Shown here: positions 14,253 to 27,435 of the stretch, piece by piece
How positions within the stretch are numbered: position 1 is the first letter of the stretch
Layout: every line of letters starts with the position of its first letter
Source of the DNA: Ylistrum balloti
Taxonomy: Eukaryota
Direction: 5' to 3'
DNA: 64,000 nucleotides
NCBI RefSeq assembly: GCF_031769215.1
Contig: NW_026782542.1
Span: forward strand, 434,001 to 498,000
Notes under the pieces: generated by a model
Seen by the model: the letters and a program-made list of their open reading frames with translations, nothing else
Database searches by the model: none
Told to the model about the DNA's origin: nothing
Position numbers and translations under genes: made by a program

Positions 14253-14455
14253 TTGGAAATTGGCATCAGTCATATTCTTCCTTGCACAAATTACTCAGAA
14301 GTTCATTCCTCGCATTACATTCAACATTCAACATTTTATGTGTTTGCATCACATAAATATCGTAGAACACATCAGAAAAACAATGTTGGCATCAGGTAGA
14401 CAGTCATCAGTTTTTGTTTCAGAACTTGGTGATGGTAGATTTGAATCATAAAGAT
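14253..14455 (-). pseudogene. decayed exon-like segment
   Basis: Acceptor tctatttcag| and donor |gtatgt. Reads DLYDSNLPSPSSETKTDDCLPDANIVF, then frameshifts to SDVFYDIYVMQTHKMLNVECNARNELLSNLCKEEYD*. Product not recognised. Confidence 0.3.
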
Positions 14456-15086
14456 CTGAAATAGACGAATATCCATAGACAGGTTATCAAATAACAATCA
14501 CATAACACATGAATACAAAAATGTATCTGAACTAAATGACCTTAAGATTATTTGAATTTCTTTCAATAAAGGGGTGCATATCGACAAGAGAGTTGCGTCT
14601 TCCATACACTGTTTCCTATATTAGTTTCGGTTTTAAGGCTGAGATATATCTTTAGAAAATATCAGAATTTTTTTCTTTTTGTAAATAGTTTATATCAAAC
14701 ATCCTTTTGATTTGACTCATTCTTTACAGTTTGCCAATTTGCAGAAATAATATCAGAACGTTGACCAAAATATCTGTCTGTTCATTAAAATATTGCTTTT
14801 GAAGGTTTTTCCCATTGTGCTTAGGCAGCGACAGTAACACGAAGACCGCAGTGGTTACTTTTTCTAGCAATTTCTGGACAAACAGTATCACTTAAATGAT
14901 CAATTAACTAATTGGACAACACATTTGTCAAATCATCATGACGCATGATGTCACAAAAGTCAATATCATTAATTTTTAGCAGATGTATATTGATATCGCC
15001 TATTGGTATTAAATTAGGAGTAGATTTCAAAAGTTTCGAAGCTTTTTGAACTACTAATATACATATTTCGGAACATTTTCTTCAAT

Positions 15087-15235
15087 TTGGTCATGTCAGT
15101 GGAATAGACACTCCTATAGAAGATTAGAGTGTGACGTTTCAATGACTACACGGTCTCCTTCATCACACAAATGACCAGAAATGTCTCGAAAGACAGGTGA
15201 TTAAAAACTTTCAGTACACATTCAGTGACCTACAG
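15087..15235 (-). mobile_element. Penelope-type terminal repeat copy with a degenerate minimal hammerhead ribozyme
   Basis: Homologous to the arms of the 37325-37740 inverted repeat (AGAAGATTAGAGTGTGACGTTTC...CCTTCATCA). The minus strand reads TTTGT GTGATGA AGGAGACCGTGTAGTCATT GAAAC GTC ACA, with core C3 changed to G. Confidence 0.7.
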
Positions 15236-15262
15236 TAAAGTCACACAATAAATCAGACTGCA

Positions 15263-15305
15263 TAATACAGCAGATTCGTCATTGTAGGACTCATCAGCGG
15301 TATTA
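15263..15305 (-). ncRNA. degenerate hammerhead-like motif
   Basis: Minus strand TAATAC CG CTGATGA GTC CTACAAT GAC GAA TCTG CT GTATTA: a CUGAUGA box, a 3-bp stem II, GAA and a 6-bp flanking stem. The stem III/cleavage segment is non-canonical. Confidence 0.35.
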
Positions 15306-18300
15306 GGAGCCTAAAATGTGAAGCCGATGAGGCGACGGACAAAAATCCAAACTGACAGAAAGAAATGTCAAATCTAGATGGGGACATGCATTAGTCCGAT
15401 CATTCGATGAATTTCGTATATAATTTCTGAAGAATGCCAATTATATCCTTAAATTCTAAACCGTGCAACAATTCAAGGAAAGTGTTCTAACACATGTTGA
15501 TTCTTCGTATCGTTTATATTTTGTAATCTATTACATAATTATCAGAATTTAGGGTTCAGTGTTAAAACACACACCCGTGTTAGCATTTCCTTATGCAATT
15601 AAAAAGTATTAGGTCCGCAGCACGCCCTGAACGGCAATTCAGTATTCAATACTGGCAATGAATGTCAGATATTTCTGACAAAACTATAGGTCAATCTTTG
15701 TAGACAAATGTAATAACTGGCCACATTTACCTCCGATTGGGAGGAAACATTTACCTGACCTCTCTGTCAGACTTAAAATCGAAATGCTGAGTGTCAGTGA
15801 TGGAATCAGGGAAAAACCAGAGTCTGGGGATATGATAAATCGGTGTTAAAGTCTCCGATTCCTTTAGGAATTTCAATAAACGTGTTGTTGTGTCTGTTAG
15901 CGAATCGTATATGCCCCGTGTGGAATTTCAGACAAAAACAGATTACACACGATATTAGTGTACATTAGTTATATCTTGCAAACGGATAGGAAAGGATTTT
16001 TTCTTTCTGTTTTTTTTTTTTTTTTTTTTGCTTTTATTCATGAAAAAATCTAGTGATGTTTATTCGCAGGGACAATTTTGAACAACGGCTTAAAATGGCT
16101 TCCATTTGATTTTTTTGTCTGCGTGGTATTTCACTTTTCAGTTAATCCGTTAATTGCTTTTCTAGTTCTCTATCACGGGTGGAGAAGTTTTGAGCATGTC
16201 TCTACACACTGCAGTGAATAATTGATGGTCATGTACTTTTACATCACTAGAAGGTACGAGGCACCTGTTATTATGCAATTGTGTCATACGTACCTAGTTC
16301 TGAATAAATTAGGACAATTGATTTTTTTTCTAATTAGTTAAATGGCTAAATGAAAAAGATATACATGATTTGTTTGAATTTCCGGGCATGAATAAAAACT
16401 GACAACCGTTGTATATCTGAATATTGTGGATCATTTGAATATTGCGCCGGAATTCTACCTATCATGCAGCAGTAGTTTTACAGATTTCACGTGCTCTTGA
16501 ACAAATGTGTCCTTGACCTGTCAGCCTTAAAAATACATAAATCTTTGATAATCTGGTACAATGAAATCAATAGTTCTCTTTCCCCTTATTTGTGTATTTG
16601 GAAAACAAAATCACTTCACGTTTCAATATTGACATTTGCTGAACATATGTTTACGATAGATCTGTTTTCGGTATACCGACATGTGAGCTATGGAAACGGA
16701 AAGATGATAGAAAAAATTGTGAGCATATATAGTACATCTGTTTACTGCTTCTTTCCCTCTAAATTTGTGAATAATGACGCTAGAATTAAGCGTGTCTGTC
16801 GATAGGTCGGTCGAAAAGGCCAGAACCGTCTGAATTAATTGTAGTCCTTTGGGAATCAGAAGAATGAATTATGAACACCATCATATATCATTGTCACAGA
16901 GCCTGTACCGTGCCTGTCGAGATTTACACTGTAACAATGCACGCTCGTTACACACCAGACCACGTGCCACTAACGTCTGCGTCAAATTCTCGCCGAATAC
17001 GACTAATTAACGGCGATTACACAGAACACAGAAATATGACTACCATATAAATAAATTCTCTGAAAAAAAATCGTCTGCCGCAGTTGTGGAAGGTTTTGTA
17101 TATCATAGCAGCAAAAAGCGTAAGTCAACCAAGCACAGAAATGATTTAGAAATTGTTACTGCGCTGAAAAGACACATTAAACCTATTCTGAATATTTCAT
17201 TTACGTGCATCAAGTCACCATTTCTATAGGTTATATATCATCATTCAATTAAAAAGTAAAGCGAATGGTTTACAAAATATTACAATTTGTATTTAACACC
17301 AATTCATGTAGGTGTAAGAACAGTAACATTTAAACCTCAGGTATCACGTGATCTCGTTTCGACCGCAGAATTATTCCGTGTACATTTGTTTTCTACGTTC
17401 AATTAAGTTATTTCAGATATTACTACACCATTTCAGACAAAATAACGTATTATATTTTTTAAATTTGGTGTGCAAATAGTGCTATTCCTTAATCGACTTC
17501 GTCATTTCTTATCTTCTAACATCTATTCCATTGACTTGTACTCTTGTTTTCATTCATAACACCATATTCCAATACACATATTCTAGCTTCCAATTTTAAT
17601 GCACATCGGGAGGAACAAACGTAATTGCCATATCTAGTGTGGCGCAAATCTCCATCGAAAATACTATTATTAATCCTGCATACTTATATACGTAGCAACT
17701 AAACCAATGTCTTAGAACAGTAGTATGGGAAAGTAGGCTCTTTTATTCTTTAAAAAAAAAGACGATTTCAAATAGCAGACTTTATGGATACGAAACACGA
17801 TTTTACAGCGAGAAACGGATGGGGGTGTATATGCCAACTCCGACAAACGGCTGTGTCTGATTGAGATTAACGTCTAGATCAATCCTGCTCTCGTACTTCC
17901 GGCGTCCTCTCATACTTTATTGCGACAACTTGCACGTTTGATTCTATAAATCTCCGAAACGTTTGTAATCCACAGAAGGATTGCGATGCGTTTCTAAGAC
18001 TAGATTGCAAGGTTATGTATTATTGAGAGAGAAACCAGGATTCGAAAACCGGAAGATAACGGATTTTTGTTGGATTTCAATGTTCGATACCAGAAATGTA
18101 AAAATTTACTAACTTATTAATTTTATAGCACTAGGTACCGACAGCCAGCGAATTCGTCGAAGACACACATGGGAGCAAAGTGTGCTGTGTGTTGCACACT
18201 TTACTGTAGAATCATCCATTGTTATGGGAGTTATTTTTGTTTTATTCATGGCTATGTTTAATCCTCTTAAATTGACAACCAACATGCATTCCCTTCCCCC

Positions 18301-21300
18301 TCTCACTGTGTGTGATTTCTCAGGAATGTCCATATCAGTTAACTAAAAGGGGACATTTTAGATATTGCTGTTACGACAAAATTATTCACCACCACATATA
18401 CGTTTATGCATCCACCATTTCTCATCTAATTAAGTAACAAGGAATGCATAAAGCGAATCCTATGGTGAAAATTATATCATACTTAACCGATGATTTTTAA
18501 TTTTCGTTGGAGCAATATTTAATGTTGCATTAAATGATTTATACATTACCTATATGTTAGTTGTAAGCTATCTAAGAGGGTTATAATCAATTAACCGTTT
18601 TCTGTCAAAGTGTTCCACCATTTCTAATAATGGTAATTTCAGTAATTGATGCGGCAATGTTAGTTCTATAGAACAAAAACACACTCTTATACTGTATTTA
18701 AGTGATGTCATCAATCTTTGTCCTGTATCCCACCAGGGTGACGCCGCTAGTGTCTGTGGTGTCTGTCATAAAACAACGATCACCTTGTCAACCTTGCCAA
18801 ATGACATCGCTAGTATTCTTGGCGTATGAAGTTTCTGGAAAGTAGTTCTATAACTGTCGCGGATTCACACTGAGTGAGGCGTATGAAATATAGCACCGCA
18901 CATCAGGGGTAACCTTTGAGTGGAAGCAATGCCTATTTATTCTACTTTGGGGTCCATTAAGGTAATACCTTATCATTAGGGACGTTATAGTGTGTTTAAT
19001 AGGGCGACATGTTTATCCCGAGTAGATAGTTTTACATATGTCAGAGATCAGGTTTGGTAAGCAAATAACAATAACGGTATAATTCTCCTATTCAAACCCC
19101 TTAATTAAAAATCATGAGTTAAGAAATGTTATACCTACCTTTGTAGTATTTACGGATACACATCGTAGAAAATGAAGAGCGGCCACTAGAACTCTGTTTA
19201 GGACCTAATGATGAGGACAATACAGGCTCGGGATGTTAATTTTTCGTAATAATGATAAGATGTTCAACATATTTATATACTGACATATAACAAAATGATG
19301 TTAAGGGCATGTGTACCGGATACGTTACATGTAAACAACAAAATTCCTGTCCCATTACTCTTTAAAAAAGTTGACGATCTTCACAGCAAATTGTTCGAGT
19401 CACCAATTTATACTTCCAGGTTCAATTTGTACTTCCGGCTTCAATTAATACTTCCAGGTTCAGTCTCTATAAATGAAATAATTGAAAATGATATGCGTTT
19501 GAGAAAAATATTCCTTTTAGAACGTGATATTTGCCTGATTTGATGTATATTTGTTGTTGAGATGACATTTTAAATTATTTTGCAAACTAATCGATTTGCA
19601 CATTTAATTTGTGTTGTAGGGCCTCATGCGAAAAGTCCAATTTGGAAATAAATTCTTCTTGCCCCGGACATGTGTAGTTGGCTATGGTCACACAAGTTGC
19701 TGCTTATCTCAAGAAAATGGACAGCATGACTGGCTTAACCTTCATCAAAATTGGCCAAGATTAAAAAATGTATATCAATGTTTTGATTTGTTTTCTCCCT
19801 TTTTTGGTTCAATGATTTGAATTAAAACAAGATAAAGTGCAGTTAATTGCGATCAATGTCAACGTGCATACATCTGTACACCGTTCCTTTTGTAGGTAAG
19901 TGTGAGGAACGAAAACTCTTTGTAGATCAAGATCCAAGTACACGATTATCTACCTTGTCGTTATCATCAGCTCTGTTACAGAGAGCCAGTCAGATTCGTG
20001 CCGTGGTGCGCCATGGGACCAGTATCAGAACACAAGCCACGCTTCTATAGAAGAAAACGCTACTATCGTTTACACGGCGCGAGATTAAAGCGCCGCTACC
20101 ATGAATAATTAAGATGAAAGCGAGATTTATCTTCGTAAACCAGTAAGAAAATTCGTTTGAATTATACGGATAAATCTGTTTCTGGTTTTATTAACTCCCT
20201 GTCAATAATTGTCCGGTGTTGTTTAGGCGCTACAAACCTGACAAACCATCACGTGATGCGTGGAAATAGATGTCCAACCTGCCGATTTTACATTTGTAAA
20301 ATGCGAGCGGTTCTAGACATTGGTCCCAGAGGTTAAGCTGCCATTGGAGAGCTCTACTCGTCTACTCTTGTAATGTAATGTTACACGTTTGCTTTACCGG
20401 CTGTCTGTAGAAAACATGGGTCCATTAATTATGTAGATGAATTAATTTTCTTCTATTATTAGCTAATAATCATCCATTTATTTCTAACCTAAGACCAATG
20501 TAACTCAAGATGAAATATTTCAATCTTAATCGTCGAAGCTTAATGGTTGCATTATCTTACGCAATTAATGATGTTTTTGTACTAAACGGATGTGTTCACC
20601 TGAAAATTACAGCTGACAGAAGACTGAAATTGAAAATTATCCAAGAATGAGATTTCGATATTCCGATATCTTAAGATTAGTTAAATTGTGTTTGTTAATA
20701 AGAACCTTTTGAGTTGGTTCAAATATCTTATTTTGGACATGCTTGCTTTGTCATATCGTTTATGTCATCGATAAAATTCTACAATGAAAACAAAAATAAA
20801 CTAGCTAGATATTAAATGTGAAGGAAATGAATGCTGATTTGTCCTTTGTTTGGAAAAAAATCTCAATACAAATGCCTATTGAATGTTTGTGCCAGAGAAC
20901 AAACTAAATTGGACGTTTGTAGGATAATCTTTTTTTTCCTTCCCTGAAAGCTCCATTCATCATCTGAAGAAACATAGAAGGGAGATCATTATGTTAGATA
21001 CACACGGTTGATCATAATAATTCAGTGGATGTTGTAACATGCTGTCACAACCAACATGTAATACTGCAGCGAAACTATCAGAAATCATATATCGGTCTAC
21101 GAGGGGGAAAAAATCGTCAGTCGCTTTCATTTCAGTGCATGTTCTTCACATCATCCCTACCGCCGCTGAAGGTGTCAAACCAAGGTCTTAACCGATCGCA
21201 TCTGACGATTGTAGGGAATGTCACTTGTTCAACAACAGGTCACAAGTCCCACACGTCAAAAACAACTTAACCGATCATTATCATGTTGCTCATGTCGGCT

Positions 21301-22030
21301 TTAGGAAAATAGGCTTGAGCGGAATGGCAAAAAGCCCGGATGGTGTAGAGGTCTTCTATACGCTTGATTTTCATTGGGATCACAGGATAAAGCTTCATAC
21401 CCTATAATAAATTTCAATTTGGTAATGGGAGGGTATGGGACGGGTCTGACGGGCTACATATTCTCTAGTCGCTGAAATAACTTTGTATTACATCTCGTGC
21501 AGGAAACCTCGACATTTTATGCGAATATAATAAGAATGATTTCCCAAGAAAGTAAAACCGATTTTACCATGGATGGTATTATAACGATCAAGTTTAGCTC
21601 ACAATATTGATCTCAACAGAGCAAAATGTAATCAATACCGATCTTATGGGGAACCTTTCTCCACAGCTTTCTGTCCTACACAAATGAAGGACCTAGTTAG
21701 AATTTAATTTCACGATATCGCCTCTGTATATCAGGCTAAATAGGGCAGGTAAAAACGGGCCGTTCCGAGTCGGAAAAAGTAGACGCGAAAAGTAAGCTCA
21801 CCTTATCACATTATATCATCAGCATCTTAACCTGGTTAAACTTTAGTGATCATTGGTCATGGGTAAAGTTGAAATGTACAGGTCTGTTTTACATCGAAAT
21901 GAAGCCAAGCTCAATTAGGTTATTCTAATTTCATCCCTTCATGCTCCATTTTTTCCTTTTTATCAAAAATTGTAAAGATTTCGTGGCATTCTAACTTGTA
22001 ACGTCACTTTATTTCTGTGTGAAATAATAT

Positions 22031-22472
22031 TATAGAGACAACTACCGAGATGAAGTTGCTTGCCCGTCTTCGGATGGGCCATACATAACTTACACATGCA
22101 TATATATTGAAAGGCGAAGAAAAGGATAAGCATAGAAAGTGATGAGCAATTCATCGTTAAACATCTTTTGTCGGACTGCTTTGACCTTCTGTCTAGTTGA
22201 GAATTCTTTTTATCGTAACCTTACAAGTCTAACTCTTCATGAAACTGTTGAGATTAATAAAGTTCTAGGTTATCTGAAAAATGTTGGTCTATATAACAGA
22301 CAATGGCTTACAATCTTTTGTGGGTAAGATTTTTAGAATTTGTCTTTTACCGTTTAGTTTGTTTGATGTTGTTTCCTTTCTGAATCGCTGTGTTTTACCG
22401 GATGATAGCCCTAATGACCTATTATGTGTTGTCAGGCCGTTCAGACTGTAATGATGATAAATGATAATAATA
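22031..22472 (+). mobile_element. I-group LINE 3' end (same family)
   Basis: AGAGACAACTACCGAGATGAAGTTG...CTTCGGATGGGCCATACA (RLRMGHT), the shared 3' UTR CCCTAATGACCTATTATGTGTTG and a TAA-rich tail. Confidence 0.88.
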
Positions 22473-22755
22473 CTGAAATACAGTTTTTACTGGCCAACTC
22501 TAGAAATAAAACCGTCATTGTTATCGATATCTCACAGGATGGCCTTAAACTGCCGAACAGAAATCTCGGAAATACATTCTATACAGAAAGAATAACCTAT
22601 TAAATGCCTCACGCCAAAATACTATCTTCTTGTTTTAAGGTTTTGGTAAAACAGCGAGAAGTAAAAGAAAAGATAAAAAAATCACAGTTTAAAAATGATA
22701 TACGCAATGAATAATAGACGAAATGATTTGCATCACGTCCTGATATATATTTTAC

Positions 22756-23270
22756 ATTACATCACCACAATCGTACTGGGAAAACTAGAATCCCCTCCTA
22801 CAGAGTCAACCCTAACAGACTGGAGTGTACATCAGTCCAATGAGGAAGCTTGTTTAACATCACATCACAACAGTCGTACTGGGGAAACTAGAATCCCTTC
22901 TACAGCATGAACCCTCACAGACTGAATTCGTACATCAGACCAATAAGGAAGCTTGTTTAACATCAAATCACCACAGTCGTACTTGGAAAACTAGAATCCC
23001 TTCTACAGGGTGAACACTCACAGACTGAAATCGTACATCAGACCAATAAGGAAGCTTGTTTAACATCACATCACAACAATCGTACTGGGAAATCTAGAAT
23101 TCCCTCCTACAGCGTTAACTCTCACAGACTGGAGTACATCAGACCAATAAGGAAGCTTGTTCAACATCACATCACAAATATCACTTCGTACTGGAAAAAA
23201 CTAGAACCCTCCATCCCCTACAGCGTTAACCCTCCTAGACTGAAGTCATAGACCAACCCAATAACGAAGC
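22756..23270. repeat. ~103-bp tandem repeat, ~5 copies
   Basis: Recurrent ACATCAGACCAATAAGGAAGCTTGTTTAACATCACATCACAACAGTCGTACTGGGAAAACTAGAATCCC with periods of about 100-104 bp. Confidence 0.92.
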
Positions 23271-23931
23271 AATTTTAAAGGCTAAAGATTTTATATTGTC
23301 ATTCAGGTTCCAAAACCTTGTCTGGAAGGGACCAAAAGAAAGAAATATTGAATTCAAGTGAACATAAAAATAGGAAACACTAACGCATGATTGCATTAGT
23401 ATTACGTGACTTTCCATCACTAATCACTTCTTGCACGGCAACCTCGTGAGTTTATCATGTACGTGATTGAAACAGAGATGGATAATGCTGAATCACCATG
23501 CCTGAATTAGTTCGTCACAGATAATTTCAATTCAGAGAACAATTATTGTGTTGATAATCCTGAAAAGTTATTATAACTTCACAACAATTAAAAACGATTC
23601 CATCACTTTTCCACGGCAATTGAGGCTGTAAAGACGATCTATTTGTAGTGTTGTTTTAGATGGTATAATTGGCCACGAGCCAATAAAAAGTCTGATTAAG
23701 CACGCAGAAAATTGCTGTCACTATCTTAAGTCACCATCACAGCGTAAGTTTGAAGGACGAATTATGTCAACGTTTGTTTTGGCATAAATCCTATTTAATT
23801 AGTGCTAGCGTGGATATAGGAATTTAAAGTTATAATTAATTTTTACGCTCGTTCATTGCAAGTTGAACAGAAAGCATTTCGCTGTAAGTGTGTTAGGAAG
23901 ATTGAACGAAAGAACACACAAATTAATAATT

Positions 23932-24266
23932 CCATTTGATCTGAATAGGATAAAGTAGAGCCAAACTCTACAAAGTTAAACTACGTCATACAGCTGTTCC
24001 GTCCTTAAGAACTCGTCCTTTCGTAATTGTCATACATCTGATAATTTTGGAAGAACGTCAAGTACATGTGTAAATTGTGGACAACACCATTTTAAATGAA
24101 TGAAAATACAGGTTAGGGCTAAAGCCATGGACTAATAGTCCACCAGTCGACAACCTGTAATGGCGATAATTACACAAAAGACGCACGAATATATAACACC
24201 ATTTGACAAACATTTGGATAGGATACAGTAGAGCCAAACTATGAATTAAACATAATCCTACAGCTG
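23932..24266 (+). repeat. two copies (23932-23996, 24199-24266) of a ~65-bp dispersed repeat; third copy inverted at ~35499-35536
   Basis: Shared core ATAGGATA(A/C)AGTAGAGCCAAACT...TACAGCTG. Confidence 0.65.
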
Positions 24267-24311
24267 TTTTGTCTAAGTATTGTTAATGATGCTCATAACC
24301 TGTGCTACACG

Positions 24312-25190
24312 GAGGACGAAATCATAAAAATGATCGAGTTTTTGTTGTTGAGTTTGGTGGTAAGATCTTCCATCAAACTATTGACATACCTATTGAACTA
24401 ACTGCGCCCCTCTGTTGGGCGACTTTTGATTTTCATATGAGGCTTAATTTATTTGAAGAACTTCTCAAAATCGGTTACAAAGACCTAGTAAAGTCGTTTT
24501 ATTTCACCTTCAGATATATTGATGACGTCTTGTCTTTAGATAACTAGAAATTTATTGACTATGGCCATCGTATATATCCACAAGAATTAAAGATACACGA
24601 GACTCTTCTACATCAGCTTCTTATCTCAGATCTTTTCCTACAACGGAATTAAACTGGACAGCTTCCCTTTAAGTTTTATGATAAACGCGATGATTTCAAT
24701 TTCGCTATTGTGAATTTTACCTTTATGGATAGCAATAGCCCTGCATCTCCAATCTATTGATATCTAATATTGAAACATCACGGTCTATATTCAAGGGCCT
24801 GTTCCCATTATCACGATTTCCGTGCAAGAAATCGTCAACCGACAGACAAACGCGTAACACAAAAGCTTAAAAAATGCAGGTTGATGAAAATTATGGGGAA
24901 GTTTAGCGGTTGCCATCGTGATCTCATTGAAAAATATTCTATTTCTTTGCGCGACATGAAATTATTCAAGACTATTTGATGCTCTCGAGTTTGCATGTTG
25001 GTTCCGTTGTTGTATACATTGTTTTAATTTGAGAAGGTTTACATGGCAGGCGTCATCGGTGAAGCAGAATACGTTTACGCTTACAGAACACAAGGTCTTA
25101 TTCTCTTTGTCCTTTTTCAGAAGTCTTCGAGTAATTTTTTTTTCATGTTTTGCCCAAGTTGTATGGAATTTTAGATTTGAATATGTTACC
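24312..25190 (+). mobile_element. Penelope-like retroelement remnant (Naiad-type: RT at the C-terminus of the ORF), 5'-truncated and decayed
   Basis: Across frameshifts: VEFGGKIFHQTIDIP-TNCAP, FTFRYIDDVLSLDN (YIDD at 24515-24526), KFYDKRDDFNFAIVNF, YSRACSHYHDF, KFSGCHRDLIEKYSISLRDM. No GIY-YIG domain follows the RT. The conserved 3' motif lies at 25036-25092. Confidence 0.82.
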
Positions 25191-26087
25191 ATATTGGTGT
25201 TTACTTGATGTTTTTTTTTTCAAACCAAGCATGTATATATTCCGAACGAAGAAAACAACAACACATGTCTTAAGAACACTTTCGAATTTCGTTTATTATG
25301 GATTTATGTTGTAGATATATGCGATATTGAAATTCTACCTGATTGGCTTTAAACCAGGGTTTGATAGACAATTGCTGTTGGCCAACTTACAATGACAGTG
25401 AGATAGATGGTAAGGTCTGCATTTGAATGTTTTTTAAATGCGTAACGTCGTTCGACCAAAGAGCTGTTTTTTCACAACTACACTGACCAAGTTATCATTG
25501 ACATTTCACCTCTTACCACCTCCTCACTTTTACAATTTAAAACAAAATCACGTCGTCTGAGGAAGGAAACCGAGATTAATGTGCCACTTAACTCTGTGGA
25601 AAGTAAGTTGATTCCACGTGGAAAAATCTGACGTCAATCACTAACCTGTTTTCCCTTCACACGTTATATAAACTCAACTGTATATTAAAGAGGACGATCC
25701 CATTTCTAATTACAGAGAGGAGGTTAAGTAAGAGAAAATTGCCTATTTTGACAGTATAATAACTCGTCACATACTAAGGCATGATTTGATTTATCAAAAC
25801 TCCATTTCGCCGGTGGAATTGTACAAATCAAATTTATAAATTATTAGCAGGCCTAATAAAGGTGATGATGACTATGCAGTTAAATTCTATAAGAATAGAT
25901 CATGGTCGTTTAAAAACCACAAGCTGGCCCTGAATCAATTGATCTTTGGTAATATCATTGCGCGCTGTAAACAGCCTGCGATAGCTAAGTGCACACCATC
26001 ACTGCGGTTCCAAGATGTAAGCCTATTCTTACTCATAAATTCTTCTCCCTAAGATAGCATGACGTTAGGAAATCTAAAACCGTCATC

Positions 26088-26307
26088 TACCGTACAGCTG
26101 CTAGTTTTCACAGGTCAAAATTTTCGCGATTTCGTTTTAAAACGATCGAATATTATTTTAACAAATAACAAATTCACGATCTTAAATTGGAAGGATATCT
26201 ATACACACGTGCCCCATTATTTCACGGGTTATATTTTCGCGACCACATTAATGTGCCGCGAAATAGCGAAAACATCTTTCCCGCGAAACTAACTAAACTA
26301 CACGGTA
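26088..26307. mobile_element. small non-autonomous TIR element (Tc1/mariner-type MITE)
   Basis: Ends TA|CCGT ... ACGG|TA (TA duplication, short TIR) with internal inverted TTTTCGCG / CGCGAAA motifs. A partial relative lies near 35870-35910. Confidence 0.6.
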
Positions 26308-26483
26308 TATCGATATTAAATTAATGAAAAAGGCTATCAACATATATTTCACCCACTGATCTGCCATCGGCAGAACCAGTTGCCTTGATTTCAAAATTGA
26401 GAAAACGTTATGTCTATTTTACCAAATTGTTTTAGATTACTACAACTTTAAGTTAAAGATAACGCCATAGTACCTGACAATAT

Positions 26484-26749
26484 CTAATTGCCGAATTCGT
26501 TAGTTTCACTTGCAAGTTTGTCTGGTGTTTTCGGCGACATTTGAATAATTCCAGTATGATTTTGATCTTCCACAGTTGTTTCCCTATCAGGTTGTATCGA
26601 TAGGATTGTATTGGCAGCGGAATGGAAGCTGAACATGTCCCCATATTGAGAGTTCTAAACCACGGGACGGACCGGATGTAGGTAGTGACGAACTGAGACA
26701 AAATGTGACATACACATTGATGTAAGGAATACATGCATTTTTGAATGTC
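26484..26749 (-). pseudogene. decayed terminal exon-like segment, phase-compatible with 27236-27435
   Basis: Acceptor ctattccag|, phase 1: GHSKMHVFLTSMCMSHFVSVRHYLHPVRPVV*NSQYGDMFSFHSAANTILSIQPDRETTVEDQNHTGIIQMSPKTPDKLASETNEFGN*, with one internal stop. Confidence 0.3.
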
Positions 26750-27235
26750 CTGGAATAGCCATTGCTACACTTTATCGAGTTATACTGATCCTTCTAATCT
26801 TTTCAACTATCCTATAACTATTATTCAGTTTTAGTAGTATTTAAATCTGTAGGTATAATTTTCCTAAATTCCAACGAAGTTTGGAGCTTTTTATAATGGT
26901 GTAAAACACTTGTAATTTCATTATGAAGAGAGTACCATGTCTCACAGAGCACCATGCTTTGTGTTAACTTCCGATAAAGTGAAAATTTTCCTTACAGTAT
27001 AGATGTGGTCAATGTAGCGACAGTAATCCTGACGTAGTTTATATCTTGGCGTGACTGGGCTCATATTAACTAGCCAATAGTAGAAATTGTTGAAGATATT
27101 GGATTTTTGCTGTAACACAGTGACAACATCATAAATCATCTATCATAAGAAACACAAGATATTTGGTCATTACACTGTGACAAGTGTAACCTCGTCTCTT
27201 CTTGACATCCTACCAGTGTTTTTAGAATTGCTTAC

Positions 27236-27435
27236 CTGAGGCATATATACCAGGCAGGTGGATGTCACTGAAATTCCTGCTAGTTTTCTCTACAACAATA
27301 ACGAACTATATGCAACAGCGCTTGATGTCGATTTCAATAATAATCACAGCGATGTTTCTGACTGGTTACGTGGTCCAAATAGATCAGGTTTTCGGATTTC
27401 TTTAAGTTTCTTTAGTCCAAGCACAACTCCGAATT
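27236..27435 (-). pseudogene. decayed internal exon-like segment
   Basis: Strong acceptor tgcattttatag| and donor CAG|gtaagc, 200 nt apart. Reads EFGVVLGLKKLKEIRKPDLFGPRN, then shifts to VRNIAVIIIEIDIKRCCI*FVIVVEKTSRNFSDIHLPGIYAS. Confidence 0.4.
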
